Assembly: GCF_001598795.1 (NCBI RefSeq)
Contig: NZ_BCZP01000002.1
Location: forward strand, 150,001 to 182,000
DNA from: Delftia acidovorans NBRC 14950
GTDB taxonomy: Bacteria; Pseudomonadota; Gammaproteobacteria; Burkholderiales; Burkholderiaceae_C
Direction: 5' to 3'
DNA length: 32,000 nucleotides
Position numbers and translations under genes: made by a program. Under the pieces are notes generated by a model. That model had not been told where the DNA came from. It saw only the letters and a program-made list of their open reading frames with translations, and searched no databases. This document shows, one piece after another, positions 7,045-15,261 of this stretch; position 1 is the stretch's first letter; the number at the start of each line of letters is the position of its first letter.

Positions 7045-8811
7045 TCAATCCAGCGCCTTCTGCCTGCGCATGGTGGTGAAAAGAACGGCCAGGCTGGCGG
7101 CGGCGCCGGCCACGCCCAGGGCGGCGAAGAGGGGGATGCCCCACAGGCGCGGGCCCATGGTCAGCAGGCCGGGGGCCAGGCCCAGGATGAAGGCGCCGGA
7201 GACCACGGCCAGTGCCAGGCGGGTGGCGGCGCGTTCCAGTGCCAGTGAAAGCCGGTCGATATGGCGTATGTCCAGATCGGCCTGCAGCCGGCCCGAGCGC
7301 AGTCTTTGCATCACCAGCCGCAGGGTGTGCGGCGCGTCGTCTGCCAGTTCCATCCACTGCGCCATGGCGGCGCGGCGCTGGCGCGCCAGGCTGCGCAGGG
7401 AGTAGCGCTGCAGCAGCTGGGCCTTGACCAGGGGCGTGGCCGTCTGCACCACGTCGAATTGCGGGTCCAGCTGCAGCAGCACCTGGTCGGCCGTGATGAG
7501 GGCCTTGAGCAGCAGCGCCATGTCGGCGGGCAGGGCCACGCCGGTTTCGCGGGCCAGGGCCATGAAGTCCTGCAGTGCGCGGGACATGACCAGGCGGCCA
7601 TTGCTGGCGCCGGGGCCATGGCGGGTCACGAAGCGGTCCACGGCGGCCTCGATGCGCGCGGCCGAGGGCGGGGCGCGGCCGGGCATTTCGCTTTCGGCAG
7701 CCCATTCCAGCAGCACGCCCGAGAGGCTGCGGCCCTGCCCCTCGACCAGGGCGCGCATCAGGCCCAGCACCTGGCGGCGGCGCTGGGGCGACAGCCGACC
7801 GACCATGCCGAAGTCGATGAAGCCCACGCGGTTGCCGGGCAGGGCCAGCAGGTTGCCAGGGTGGGGGTCGGCGTGGAACAGGCCGTCGCGCAGCACCATC
7901 TGCAAAAACGCGCAGGCGCCACGGCGCGCCAGCAGCGGGCCGTCCAGCGCGGGGTCCGCACCCACGGCCGAGGCCGGCACGCCCGGCACGAAGTCCTGCA
8001 CCAGCAGGCGCGGCCCGCTCAATGCCCAGTGGATGGCCGGCACGACGATCTCGGGCTGGGCCGCGAAGTGCCGCGCCACGGCGTCGCCGTTGTGGGCTTC
8101 GACGGTGAAATCCAGTTCCTCGCGCAGCGCCTGGCCCAGCTGGCGCGTGACCTCGCGCGGGCGGTAGCGTGCCAGCTGCGGCCATTGTTCCTGGGCCAGC
8201 AGCGCCAGGTGCTCTAGCAGGCGCAGGTCGGCCTCGATCTGGGGGCGCAGCCCAGGGCGCTGGACCTTGACCACGACTTCGATGTCGGCAGCGCTGGCCG
8301 CAGGGGTGCTGTCGCTGTCGCGGCCGTCTTTCTGGTCTTCCCGGTCATCCCGGTCATCCCGGTCTTCAGCCGCAGGCAGCCGCGCGCGGTACACCTGGGC
8401 CATGGAGGCCGAGGCCAGCGGCACGGGGTCGAAATGCGCAAACACCTGCTCCACTGGCAGGCCCAGCGACTGCTCGATCAACGGCTGGGCCGTCTCCCAG
8501 GGCAGCGGGGCGGCGTGGCTGTGCAGTTGCTGCAGGGCGGCCGTCCATTCGGGCGCGAGCAGGTCCGAGCGCGTGGCCATGATCTGGCCCAGCTTGACGA
8601 AGCTGGGACCCAGGTGTTCGAGGGCCATGCGCAGGCGCTCGGGGCGGCTGGCATCCAGCGGATGCTCGGGATGGGGCTGGCTGCCGCGTGGCGCGAAGCG
8701 GGCCAGGCCCAGCGTGTCGACCAGGTCGGCCAGCCCGAAGCGCAGCAGCACGCCGACGATTTCCTGCAGCCGGGCACGGTCGCGCACGGCGACCACGGCG
8801 GTTTGCAGCAT
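7045..8811 (-). CDS. ABC1/UbiB (AarF) family atypical kinase
   Basis: GPSFVKLGQIMATRSDLLAPEW, ASASMAQVYRA, VVKVQRPG and HADPHPGNL motifs, with two C-terminal TM helices. ATG 8817 directly abuts AGGAG, so ATG 8811 (6-nt spacing) is preferred. Confidence 0.9.
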   Translation of the reverse strand: MLQTAVVAVRDRARLQEIVGVLLRFGLADLVDTLGLARFAPRGSQPHPEHPLDASRPERLRMALEHLGPSFVKLGQIMATRSDLLAPEWTAALQQLHSHAAPLPWETAQPLIEQSLGLPVEQVFAHFDPVPLASASMAQVYRARLPAAEDRDDRDDREDQKDGRDSDSTPAASAADIEVVVKVQRPGLRPQIEADLRLLEHLALLAQEQWPQLARYRPREVTRQLGQALREELDFTVEAHNGDAVARHFAAQPEIVVPAIHWALSGPRLLVQDFVPGVPASAVGADPALDGPLLARRGACAFLQMVLRDGLFHADPHPGNLLALPGNRVGFIDFGMVGRLSPQRRRQVLGLMRALVEGQGRSLSGVLLEWAAESEMPGRAPPSAARIEAAVDRFVTRHGPGASNGRLVMSRALQDFMALARETGVALPADMALLLKALITADQVLLQLDPQFDVVQTATPLVKAQLLQRYSLRSLARQRRAAMAQWMELADDAPHTLRLVMQRLRSGRLQADLDIRHIDRLSLALERAATRLALAVVSGAFILGLAPGLLTMGPRLWGIPLFAALGVAGAAASLAVLFTTMRRQKALD

Positions 8812-8901
8812 GGGCATCTCCTGTCGGTGGTGGCAATGCGGTCCATTGTGCCGATGCGCCAGACGCCATTGCGCAGGAATCGCCCGCCTCCGGGGCGGGG
8901 C

Positions 8902-10980
8902 TCAGGCCAGCCGCTGCACCTGCACCGCGCAGTCGTAGAAGCTGGGCGCGCGGCCCAGGTCGGTCAGGCGCTGGTGGGTGAGCTCGTTGACGTTGGTGCC
9001 GTTGTCCCCGTGCTTGCGCCACCAGATGCCCAGGCCGTTGACCACGCCACGGCGCGCGCGGCCGTTGAGGGTGGCGTGGCATTCGTAGCTGCCCCGGTCG
9101 TTGAAGACGCGCACCCGGTCGCCCTCGGCCACGCCGCGCGGGGCGGCGTCGTCGGGGTGCAGCTCCACCAGCGGGCGGCCTTCCATGGTGCGCAGGCTCT
9201 TGACGTTGACGAAGCTGCTGTTGAGAAAGTTGCGTGCCGGCGGCGAGATCATGGCCAGCGGGTAGCGCGCATCCGTTTCGGCGGTTTCGTAGTTGGGCAG
9301 GTAGTCGGGCAGCGGGTCCATGCCGCGCCGCGCCAGCTCGGCGCTGGTGAATTCGCAGCGGCCCGAGGGCGTGGCGAAGCCGCCCTCGGCAAAGGGGGCC
9401 TCGGGCAGGGCCAGGGTGGCAAAGCCCTTGTCCATCAGCTCGTTGAAGTCCACGCCGCGCCCCTCGAAGGCTTCGCGGCACAGTTGCTCGTCTCCCGTCT
9501 GGAAATGGGCAGCGGCAAAGGCGTCGTCATGCCGCGCCATGTGCGCGGCCAGGTCGCGGAAGATCTGGCCGTTGCTGCGCGCCTGGCCCAGCGGCGCGAT
9601 GGCGGGGCGGTTGAGCAGCACGTCGGTATGGCCGTAGCTGCCGTGGATGTCCCAGTGCTCGATCTGCGTGGTGGCCGGCAGCACGTAGTCGGCCAGGTCG
9701 GCCGTGTCGGTCATGAACTGCTCCAGCACCACGGTGAACAGGTTCTCGCGCGCAAAGCCGGCCACGACCTTGGCCGACTCGGGCGCCACGGCCACGGGAT
9801 TGCTGTTGTAGACCACGATGGCGTCCACGCGCGGGCCGAAGCCATTGCCGCCTTCGTGCAGCAAGGCGTCGCCGATGGTGCTCATGTTGATGGTGCGCGG
9901 GCGGCGTTCGCCCAGCAGGTGCGGCATCTGCAGTCGGGCGCGCTGCGCGGGCAGGGCGCCCGAGGCGGACAGCAGCAGGCCGCCCGCACGGTGGCGCCAG
10001 GCGCCCACCAGGGCCGGCAGGCAGGCGATGGCGCGCACGGCATTGCCGCCGCCGCGCGCGCGCTGCACGCCATAGTTCAGGCGGATGGCGGCGGGCGTGG
10101 TGGTGCCGTAGTCGCGCGCCAGCTGGCGGATCTGCTCCACGGGCAAGCCGCAGACCTGGGCCGCGCGCTCGGGCGGCCACTGCAGGGCGCGGGCCTTGAG
10201 TTCCTCCCAGCCCAGCGTGTGGCGCGCAATGTAGTCATGGTCCAGCCAGCCGTGCGTGATCAGCTCGTGCATCAGGGCCAGCGCCAGGGCCGCGTCCGTG
10301 CCGGGCAGCAGCTGCAGGTGCTCGTGGCACTTGTCGGCGGTCTCGGTCTTGCGCGGGTCTATGCACACCAGGCGTGCGCCGTTGCGCTTGGCCTCCAGCG
10401 CATAGCGCCAGAAATGCAGGCTGCTGCCGATGCTGTTGCTGCCCCAGATGAGGATGAGCCGGCTTTCGGTGAAATGCTCCACGCGCATGCCCAGCTTGCC
10501 GCCATAGGTCAGGTTCAGGGCCTCGCCCCCGGCGCTGGAGCAGATGGTGCGGTCCAGCAGCGAGGCGCCGAGCTGGTGGAAGAAGCGCCGGTCCATGCTC
10601 TCGCCCTGCACCAGGCCCATGGTGCCTGCGTAGCTGTAGGGCAGGATGGCTTCGGGATCGCGCGCCGCCAGCGCGTGCAGCCGGGCGGCGATGTCGGCCA
10701 GCGCCTCGTCCCAGCCCACGGGCTCGAACTGCCCGGAACCCTTGGGCCCCACGCGGCGCAGCGGGGTGAGCACGCGCTCGGGGTGGTAGCTGCGCTCGGT
10801 GTATTTGCTGACCTTGGCGCAGAGCACGCCGCCCGTGTGCGGATGGGCGGGGTTGCCCTGGACTCTTTTGGCGATGCCGTCTTCGACCGTGGTCACCAGC
10901 GAGCAGGTATCGGGGCAGTCATGGGGGCAGGCGCCCAGCACCTGTGAGGTGGCCTGGAGTGGGGGCGTGGCGGAGGACAT
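8902..10980 (-). CDS. Molybdopterin (bis-MGD) oxidoreductase family protein, cytoplasmic, substrate unknown
   Basis: N-terminal 4Fe-4S Mo/W-bisMGD motif CPHDCPDTCS...C. Molybdopterin-binding blocks (ILIWGSN, DPRKTETA) are present and there is no signal peptide. Start chosen at MSSATPPL (ATG 10980). Confidence 0.9.
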   Translation of the reverse strand: MSSATPPLQATSQVLGACPHDCPDTCSLVTTVEDGIAKRVQGNPAHPHTGGVLCAKVSKYTERSYHPERVLTPLRRVGPKGSGQFEPVGWDEALADIAARLHALAARDPEAILPYSYAGTMGLVQGESMDRRFFHQLGASLLDRTICSSAGGEALNLTYGGKLGMRVEHFTESRLILIWGSNSIGSSLHFWRYALEAKRNGARLVCIDPRKTETADKCHEHLQLLPGTDAALALALMHELITHGWLDHDYIARHTLGWEELKARALQWPPERAAQVCGLPVEQIRQLARDYGTTTPAAIRLNYGVQRARGGGNAVRAIACLPALVGAWRHRAGGLLLSASGALPAQRARLQMPHLLGERRPRTINMSTIGDALLHEGGNGFGPRVDAIVVYNSNPVAVAPESAKVVAGFARENLFTVVLEQFMTDTADLADYVLPATTQIEHWDIHGSYGHTDVLLNRPAIAPLGQARSNGQIFRDLAAHMARHDDAFAAAHFQTGDEQLCREAFEGRGVDFNELMDKGFATLALPEAPFAEGGFATPSGRCEFTSAELARRGMDPLPDYLPNYETAETDARYPLAMISPPARNFLNSSFVNVKSLRTMEGRPLVELHPDDAAPRGVAEGDRVRVFNDRGSYECHATLNGRARRGVVNGLGIWWRKHGDNGTNVNELTHQRLTDLGRAPSFYDCAVQVQRLA

Positions 10981-11120
10981 GGTGGCAGCGGTCTCGGACA
11001 GGGTGGGTACTTTGCGAAAAAACCGTGAAAGCCGGGAAAACGGGAAAAGGCCGTCACGGGCAAGGGGCGGTGCCGGTCTTGCATGCCGCAATCGCCGCTT
11101 GTCTTTATTATGCGGACCCT

Positions 11121-11134
11121 TGCAGCCGGCTGCA
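11121..11134. promoter_or_regulatory. Perfect 14-bp palindrome in a divergent promoter region
   Basis: TGCAGCCGGCTGCA, between the Mo-oxidoreductase start (10980, -) and the SBP start (11178, +). Confidence 0.25.
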
Positions 11135-11177
11135 CGCAGCAACGGCGCCGATTCCAGTGACAAAAACAGGCAAGTTC

Positions 11178-12335
11178 ATGCTCCGACCCAAGACGGCGTT
11201 CAGCCGCAGACAGTTCATCGCAGCCAGCACGGCTGCTGCCGCCACCTGGACCGGCGCAGTGCGCGCCCAGGACGCGGGAGGCACCATCGTGCTGGGCCAG
11301 TCCTGCCCGATGACGGGCCCCGCGGCACAGATCGGCCAGCCCTTCCATGAAGGCGCCAAGCTGTACTTCGAACAGCTCAACGCGCAGGGGGGCATTGCCC
11401 GGCGCAACATCGAATTGCGCGTGATGGACGACGGCTACGAGCCCGAGCGCTGCGCGGCCAATACCCAGCGCTTCCTGTCCGACGACGTGTTCGCCCTGTT
11501 CGGCTACGTGGGCACCTCCACCAGCATGGCCGCGCTGCCGCTGCTGCAAAAGGCGCGCGTGCCCCTGTTCGCGCCGCTGACGGGCGCCGACGCGCTGCGC
11601 CAGCCCCAGCTGGCCCACCTGGTCTTCAATGTGCGCGCCTCCTATGCCGACGAGACGGCGCTGATGGTGCGCCACCTCACGGGCCTGGGCCTGAAGAAGG
11701 TGGCCGTGCTGCACCAGAACGATGCCTATGGCGAATCGGGCCTGGCCGGTGTCAAGGCGGCGCTGGCCGCCAAGGGGCTGGAGCCCGTGGGCGCGGCCAC
11801 GGTGGAGCGCAACTCGAACAATGTGGCCGCCGCCGTCAAGACGCTGGTGCCGCTGGGCGCCGATGTCATCGTGCAGATCGTCACCTACTCGGCCAGCGCG
11901 GCCTTTGTGCGCGCGGCGCGCCAGGCAGGCTTTGGCGGGCAGTTCTACAACGTGTCCTTCGTGGGTGCCCAGGCGCTGTCGGAGACGCTGGGCAAGGATG
12001 CCGAAGGCGTGGTCATCACCCAGGTCGTGCCCTCGCCCTTCCAGACCTCGCGCCAGATCACGCGCGATTTCCTGGCGGCCATCCAGAAGGGCGGCGGCAA
12101 GCTGACGCCCAACTATTCCAGCATGGAAGGCTATCTGGCGGCGCGCGTGTTCGCCGATGCGCTGCGCCAGGCCTCGGCCTCGGGCAAGCCCACGCGCGAC
12201 GGCCTGGTGGCCGCGCTCGACGCCATGCACGGCCAGCAGGTGGCCGGCTTCCCGCTGGTCTTCAAGCCGCAGTCCGGCAAGCCGCGCTTCGTGGAGTTGT
12301 CCATGCTGACCGGCGACGGCAAGGTCCGGGTGTAG
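11178..12335 (+). CDS. ABC transporter substrate-binding protein, LivK/type-I PBP (branched-chain amino acid/amide-like)
   Basis: SRRQFIAAS leader, then a typical PBP1 fold sequence (IVLGQSCPMTGPAAQIG, YFEQLNAQGGI, DDGYEP). No cognate permease or ATPase is adjacent. Confidence 0.85.
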   Translation: MLRPKTAFSRRQFIAASTAAAATWTGAVRAQDAGGTIVLGQSCPMTGPAAQIGQPFHEGAKLYFEQLNAQGGIARRNIELRVMDDGYEPERCAANTQRFLSDDVFALFGYVGTSTSMAALPLLQKARVPLFAPLTGADALRQPQLAHLVFNVRASYADETALMVRHLTGLGLKKVAVLHQNDAYGESGLAGVKAALAAKGLEPVGAATVERNSNNVAAAVKTLVPLGADVIVQIVTYSASAAFVRAARQAGFGGQFYNVSFVGAQALSETLGKDAEGVVITQVVPSPFQTSRQITRDFLAAIQKGGGKLTPNYSSMEGYLAARVFADALRQASASGKPTRDGLVAALDAMHGQQVAGFPLVFKPQSGKPRFVELSMLTGDGKVRV

Positions 12336-12348
12336 GCTTGCTGCATTG

Positions 12349-12613
12349 GAGCGTGTTATGCACTTTTAAGTGCCCGCGAAAGCCGGGAAAGGGGCCCGGA
12401 ACGAGGCGTAGCACGCGCCGCGGTTGCCACACCGCAAGCGGGCTGCAACGAAGGGCCGGGCCCCTTTCCCGGCTTTCCCGGAGGGTTGGCTTTGCGCGCA
12501 GGCGCTCGCGGCGTTGCAGCGCTTGCCAAGGCTTCAGCCTTGGCGGCACACTGCGCCTTGCGATCACCAGCGCGCAAAGCCAACGCGGGTACTTAAAAGT
12601 GCATAACACGCTC
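12349..12613. mobile_element. 265-bp MITE-like non-coding element with 30-bp terminal inverted repeats and nested internal stems
   Basis: Left end GAGCGTGTTATGCACTTTTAAGTGCCCGCG (12349-12378) matches the reverse complement of the right end (12584-12613) at 29/30. Internal perfect inverted repeats are 12378-12399/12456-12477 (22 bp), 12485-12499/12570-12584 (15 bp) and a hairpin at 12525-12544. No credible ORF and no transposase. Confidence 0.6.
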
Positions 12614-12628
12614 TAAAAGGAGAACCCC

Positions 12629-13837
12629 ATGGCCTTGCTGCAGGAACTGCTGGACCGCGCACCCGAAATCACCGCGCTGCGCCGCGACATACATGCCCAT
12701 CCCGAACTGTGTTTCGAGGAGATCCGCACTGCCGACCTCGTGGCCCGGCAATTGGAGGGATGGGGCATTGCCGTGCACCGCGGCCTGGGCCGCACGGGCG
12801 TGGTGGGCACCATCCACGGCCGTGACGGCGGCGCCAGCGGCCGCGCCGTCGGGCTGCGCGCCGACATGGACGCCCTGCCCATGCAGGAGTTCAACACCTT
12901 CGAACACGCCAGCCGCCACGCCGGAAAAATGCATGCCTGCGGACATGACGGCCATGTCGCCATGCTGCTGGCCGCCGCGCAGTACCTGGCCGCGCACCGC
13001 GACAGCTTCGAGGGCACGGTGCACCTGATCTTCCAGCCGGCCGAAGAGGGCGGTGGCGGCGCGCGCGAGATGGTCGAGGACGGCCTGTTCACCCAGTTCC
13101 CCATGCAGGCCGTGTTCGGCATGCACAACTGGCCCGGCATGAAGGCCGGCACCATGGCCGTGGGCCCGGGCCCGGCCATGGCGTCCAGCAACGAGTTCCG
13201 CATCGTCGTGCGCGGCAAGGGCGGCCACGCGGCCATGCCGCACATGGTGATCGACCCGCTGCCCGTGGCGGCACAGCTGATCCTGGGCCTGCAGACCATC
13301 GTCAGCCGCAACGTCAAGCCCATCGAGGCGGGCGTGGTCTCGGTGACCATGGTCCACGCGGGCGAGGCCACGAACGTGGTGCCCGACAGCGTGGAGCTGC
13401 AGGGCACGGTGCGCACCTTCACGCTGGAGGTGCTGGACCTGATCGAGCGGCGCATGAAGGCCCTGGCCGAGAGCATCTGCGCGGCGCATGACACGCGCTG
13501 CGAGTTCGAGTTCGTGCGCAACTACCCGCCCACCATCAACTCCGCGCCCGAGGCCGAGTTCGCACGCCGCGTCATGGCCGAGGTCGTGGGCGAGGCCAAC
13601 GTGCTGCCCCAGGAGCCCTCGATGGGCGCCGAGGACTTCGCCTTCATGCTGCTGGAAAAGCCCGGCGCCTACTGCTTCATCGCCAATGGCGACGGCGACC
13701 ACCGCGCCATCGGCCACGGCGGCGGTCCCTGCACGCTGCACAACCCCAGCTACGACTTCAACGACCAGCTGATCCCGCAGGGCGCCACGTTCTGGGTGAA
13801 GCTGGCCCAGCGCTGGCTGAGCGAGCCCACGCGCTGA
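12629..13837 (+). CDS. M20D-family amidohydrolase (N-acyl-amino-acid/hippurate hydrolase-like)
   Basis: Blocks LRADMDALP, MHACGHDGH and FQPAEEGGGGA are typical of peptidase M20D. Strong SD AAAAGGAG lies upstream of ATG 12629. Confidence 0.9.
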   Translation: MALLQELLDRAPEITALRRDIHAHPELCFEEIRTADLVARQLEGWGIAVHRGLGRTGVVGTIHGRDGGASGRAVGLRADMDALPMQEFNTFEHASRHAGKMHACGHDGHVAMLLAAAQYLAAHRDSFEGTVHLIFQPAEEGGGGAREMVEDGLFTQFPMQAVFGMHNWPGMKAGTMAVGPGPAMASSNEFRIVVRGKGGHAAMPHMVIDPLPVAAQLILGLQTIVSRNVKPIEAGVVSVTMVHAGEATNVVPDSVELQGTVRTFTLEVLDLIERRMKALAESICAAHDTRCEFEFVRNYPPTINSAPEAEFARRVMAEVVGEANVLPQEPSMGAEDFAFMLLEKPGAYCFIANGDGDHRAIGHGGGPCTLHNPSYDFNDQLIPQGATFWVKLAQRWLSEPTR

Positions 13838-13898
13838 GGCCCTTGCAGGGTCCGGCCGACACCGGCATGTCACACACCGCACCTAGCATGCGGTCCCT

Positions 13899-14678
13899 GT
13901 GACCTCCATCGAATCCTCCTCGGCCGCCGCGCAGGGCGTGGCCGTCCAAGCCCGGCAGCTCAAGCGCATCTACGGCGAGCGCGCCGTGCTCCAGGACATC
14001 AGCCTGCAGATCGCCCCCGGCGAGGTGCTGGCCCTGCTGGGTCCTTCGGGCTGCGGCAAGACCACCCTGCTCAAGATCCTGGCCGGGCTGGAGCAGCCCA
14101 GCCGCGGCGAAGTCTGGATGGACGGGCAGTGCGCGGCCAGCGCCTCGCAGTCCCTGCCGCCCGAGCGGCGCGACCTGGGCCTGGTGCTCCAGGACCATGC
14201 GCTCTGGCCCCATATGAGCCTGCAGGCCAACGTGGCCTTCGCGCTGGAAATGCGCGGCCTGCCTCGCGCGCAGATCCACGAGCGGGTGCAGCAGACCCTG
14301 GGCCTGGCCGGGCTGCAGGGCATGGGCGAGCGTCTTCCCGGCAGCCTGTCGGGTGGCCAGCAGCAGCGCGCGGCGCTGGCCCGCGCCGTGGTGGAGCGCC
14401 CGCGCCTGGTGCTGCTTGACGAACCCCTGTCCGGCCTCGACGGCAACCTGCGCGAGCGCCTGTGCGAGGAAATTCCCCGGCTGCTGCGCAGCCTGGGGTG
14501 TACGGCCGTCTATGCGACGCAAGACCGCCAGCAAGCCTTCGCCGTCGCCGACCGCGTGGCCGTGATCGAGCACGGCCGCCTCCTGCAACCGGACAGCGTT
14601 CGCGCCCAGCCGCCGGCCCCCGCGCCTTGCGAGGCTGACCGATGGCCCACGGCCGGGCTCCTTTGCAGCGCAGCGTAG
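13899..14678 (+). CDS. Stand-alone ABC transporter ATP-binding protein (NBD only)
   Basis: Walker A GPSGCGKTT, Q-loop VLQDHALWPHMS, signature LSGGQQQR, Walker B LVLLDEP. The start is uncertain: GTG 13899 or GTG 13938. No SD seen. Confidence 0.75.
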   Translation: MTSIESSSAAAQGVAVQARQLKRIYGERAVLQDISLQIAPGEVLALLGPSGCGKTTLLKILAGLEQPSRGEVWMDGQCAASASQSLPPERRDLGLVLQDHALWPHMSLQANVAFALEMRGLPRAQIHERVQQTLGLAGLQGMGERLPGSLSGGQQQRAALARAVVERPRLVLLDEPLSGLDGNLRERLCEEIPRLLRSLGCTAVYATQDRQQAFAVADRVAVIEHGRLLQPDSVRAQPPAPAPCEADRWPTAGLLCSAA

Positions 14679-14793
14679 GAGCGGCGTGGCCGGTCTCGGT
14701 GCGGTTGACGGAGAAAAAAGCACGGTCGTTCTAAATTCCTGCTTTTTTGGCTACACTGTGCCGCTACACGAACCGCCCACCAGGAGACCCGCC

Positions 14794-15048
14794 ATGTCCG
14801 ATCTGAATGCCGCCTTCGAAGCCGCCGTCAAGAACTCCACCTCGATCAGCGAGCGCCCCGACAACGCCACGCTGCTCAAGCTCTACGCGCTGTACAAGCA
14901 GGCTACCGAAGGCGACAACGAGGCCAAGAAGCCCAGCTTCACCGACATGGTCGGCCGCGCCAAGTGGGACGCCTGGGAAAAGCTCAAGGACACCTCGGCC
15001 GACGACGCCAAGCAGCAGTACATCGACCTGATCGAATCGCTGCGCTGA
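14794..15048 (+). CDS. Acyl-CoA-binding protein (ACBP)
   Basis: 84 aa, with LLKLYALYKQATEGD and AKWDAWEKLKD as the ACBP signature. SD CAGGAGA lies upstream of ATG 14794. Confidence 0.85.
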   Translation: MSDLNAAFEAAVKNSTSISERPDNATLLKLYALYKQATEGDNEAKKPSFTDMVGRAKWDAWEKLKDTSADDAKQQYIDLIESLR

Positions 15049-15075
15049 TCAACACCACCACCGATCGCAGACACA

Positions 15076-15104
15076 GACAAGGCCCCGGACTCCGGGGCCT
15101 TGTC
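15076..15104. terminator. Rho-independent-type hairpin downstream of ACBP
   Basis: GACAAGGCCCCGG-act-CCGGGGCCTTGTC, a perfect 13-bp stem followed by GTTTCC. Confidence 0.7.
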
Positions 15105-15143
15105 GTTTCCGGCCAGGCCACACCACACTATGTCAAAGAGTGG

Positions 15144-15260
15144 AGCGCTGGAAACTGGCGCGGCCCAACTCAGGGACGCCGAGCAAGAGCCGCCTCGCGG
15201 CGAAGGCGTCGTCCCCCTCCGCGAAGCGAGAAGGGGGAAGCGGCGCAGCCGCTCAGGGGG
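15144..15260 (+). repeat. Dispersed structured intergenic repeat, copy 2
   Basis: Aligns over ~117 nt with 16614-16732 and with the reverse complement of 6863-~6975. It ends 1 nt from the stop codon (15262-15264) of the minus-strand 2OG oxygenase gene. Confidence 0.85.
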
Positions 15261-15261
15261 A

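Noticed and set aside
6860-7405. Possible TGA read-through of the Bug SBP into the repeat, because the frame stays open to 7405
   Set aside because: The same repeat end downstream of the 2OG oxygenase is offset by 1 nt and hits an in-frame TGA after two codons, so the repeat has no consistent reading frame. The open frame is explained by GC content.
5924-8185. 753-aa minus-strand ORF, and similar giants at 8434-10947 (+), 24280-26688 (-), 1483-3120 (+), 21509-23203 (-) and 21856-23541 (+)
   Set aside because: All are extremely Arg/Ala/Gly/Pro-rich with no recognisable motifs. They lie antisense to, or frame-shifted within, genes that have clear family signatures. Long stop-free shadow frames are expected at this GC content.
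12262-12616. Small ORFs (60-115 aa) on both strands inside the MITE-like element
   Set aside because: They mirror each other because of the inverted repeats. They have Arg/Pro/Ala-rich non-protein-like composition and no SD or start context.
13899-14678. Calling the orphan ABC ATPase a pseudogene truncated before a TOBE-type C-terminal domain
   Set aside because: NBD-only proteins of about 260 aa are normal for several importer families and the reading frame is intact. I kept it as a CDS and flagged the H-loop substitution and odd tail as a finding instead.
14705-14757. Sigma-70 promoter for the ACBP gene (TTGACG at 14705, TACACT at 14752) and an A6GCA/TGCT6 hairpin at 14714-14748
   Set aside because: The spacing between the candidate -35 and -10 hexamers does not fit 16-19 bp. 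The hairpin stem is AT-rich with a 17-nt loop. This is too weak to report as a feature.
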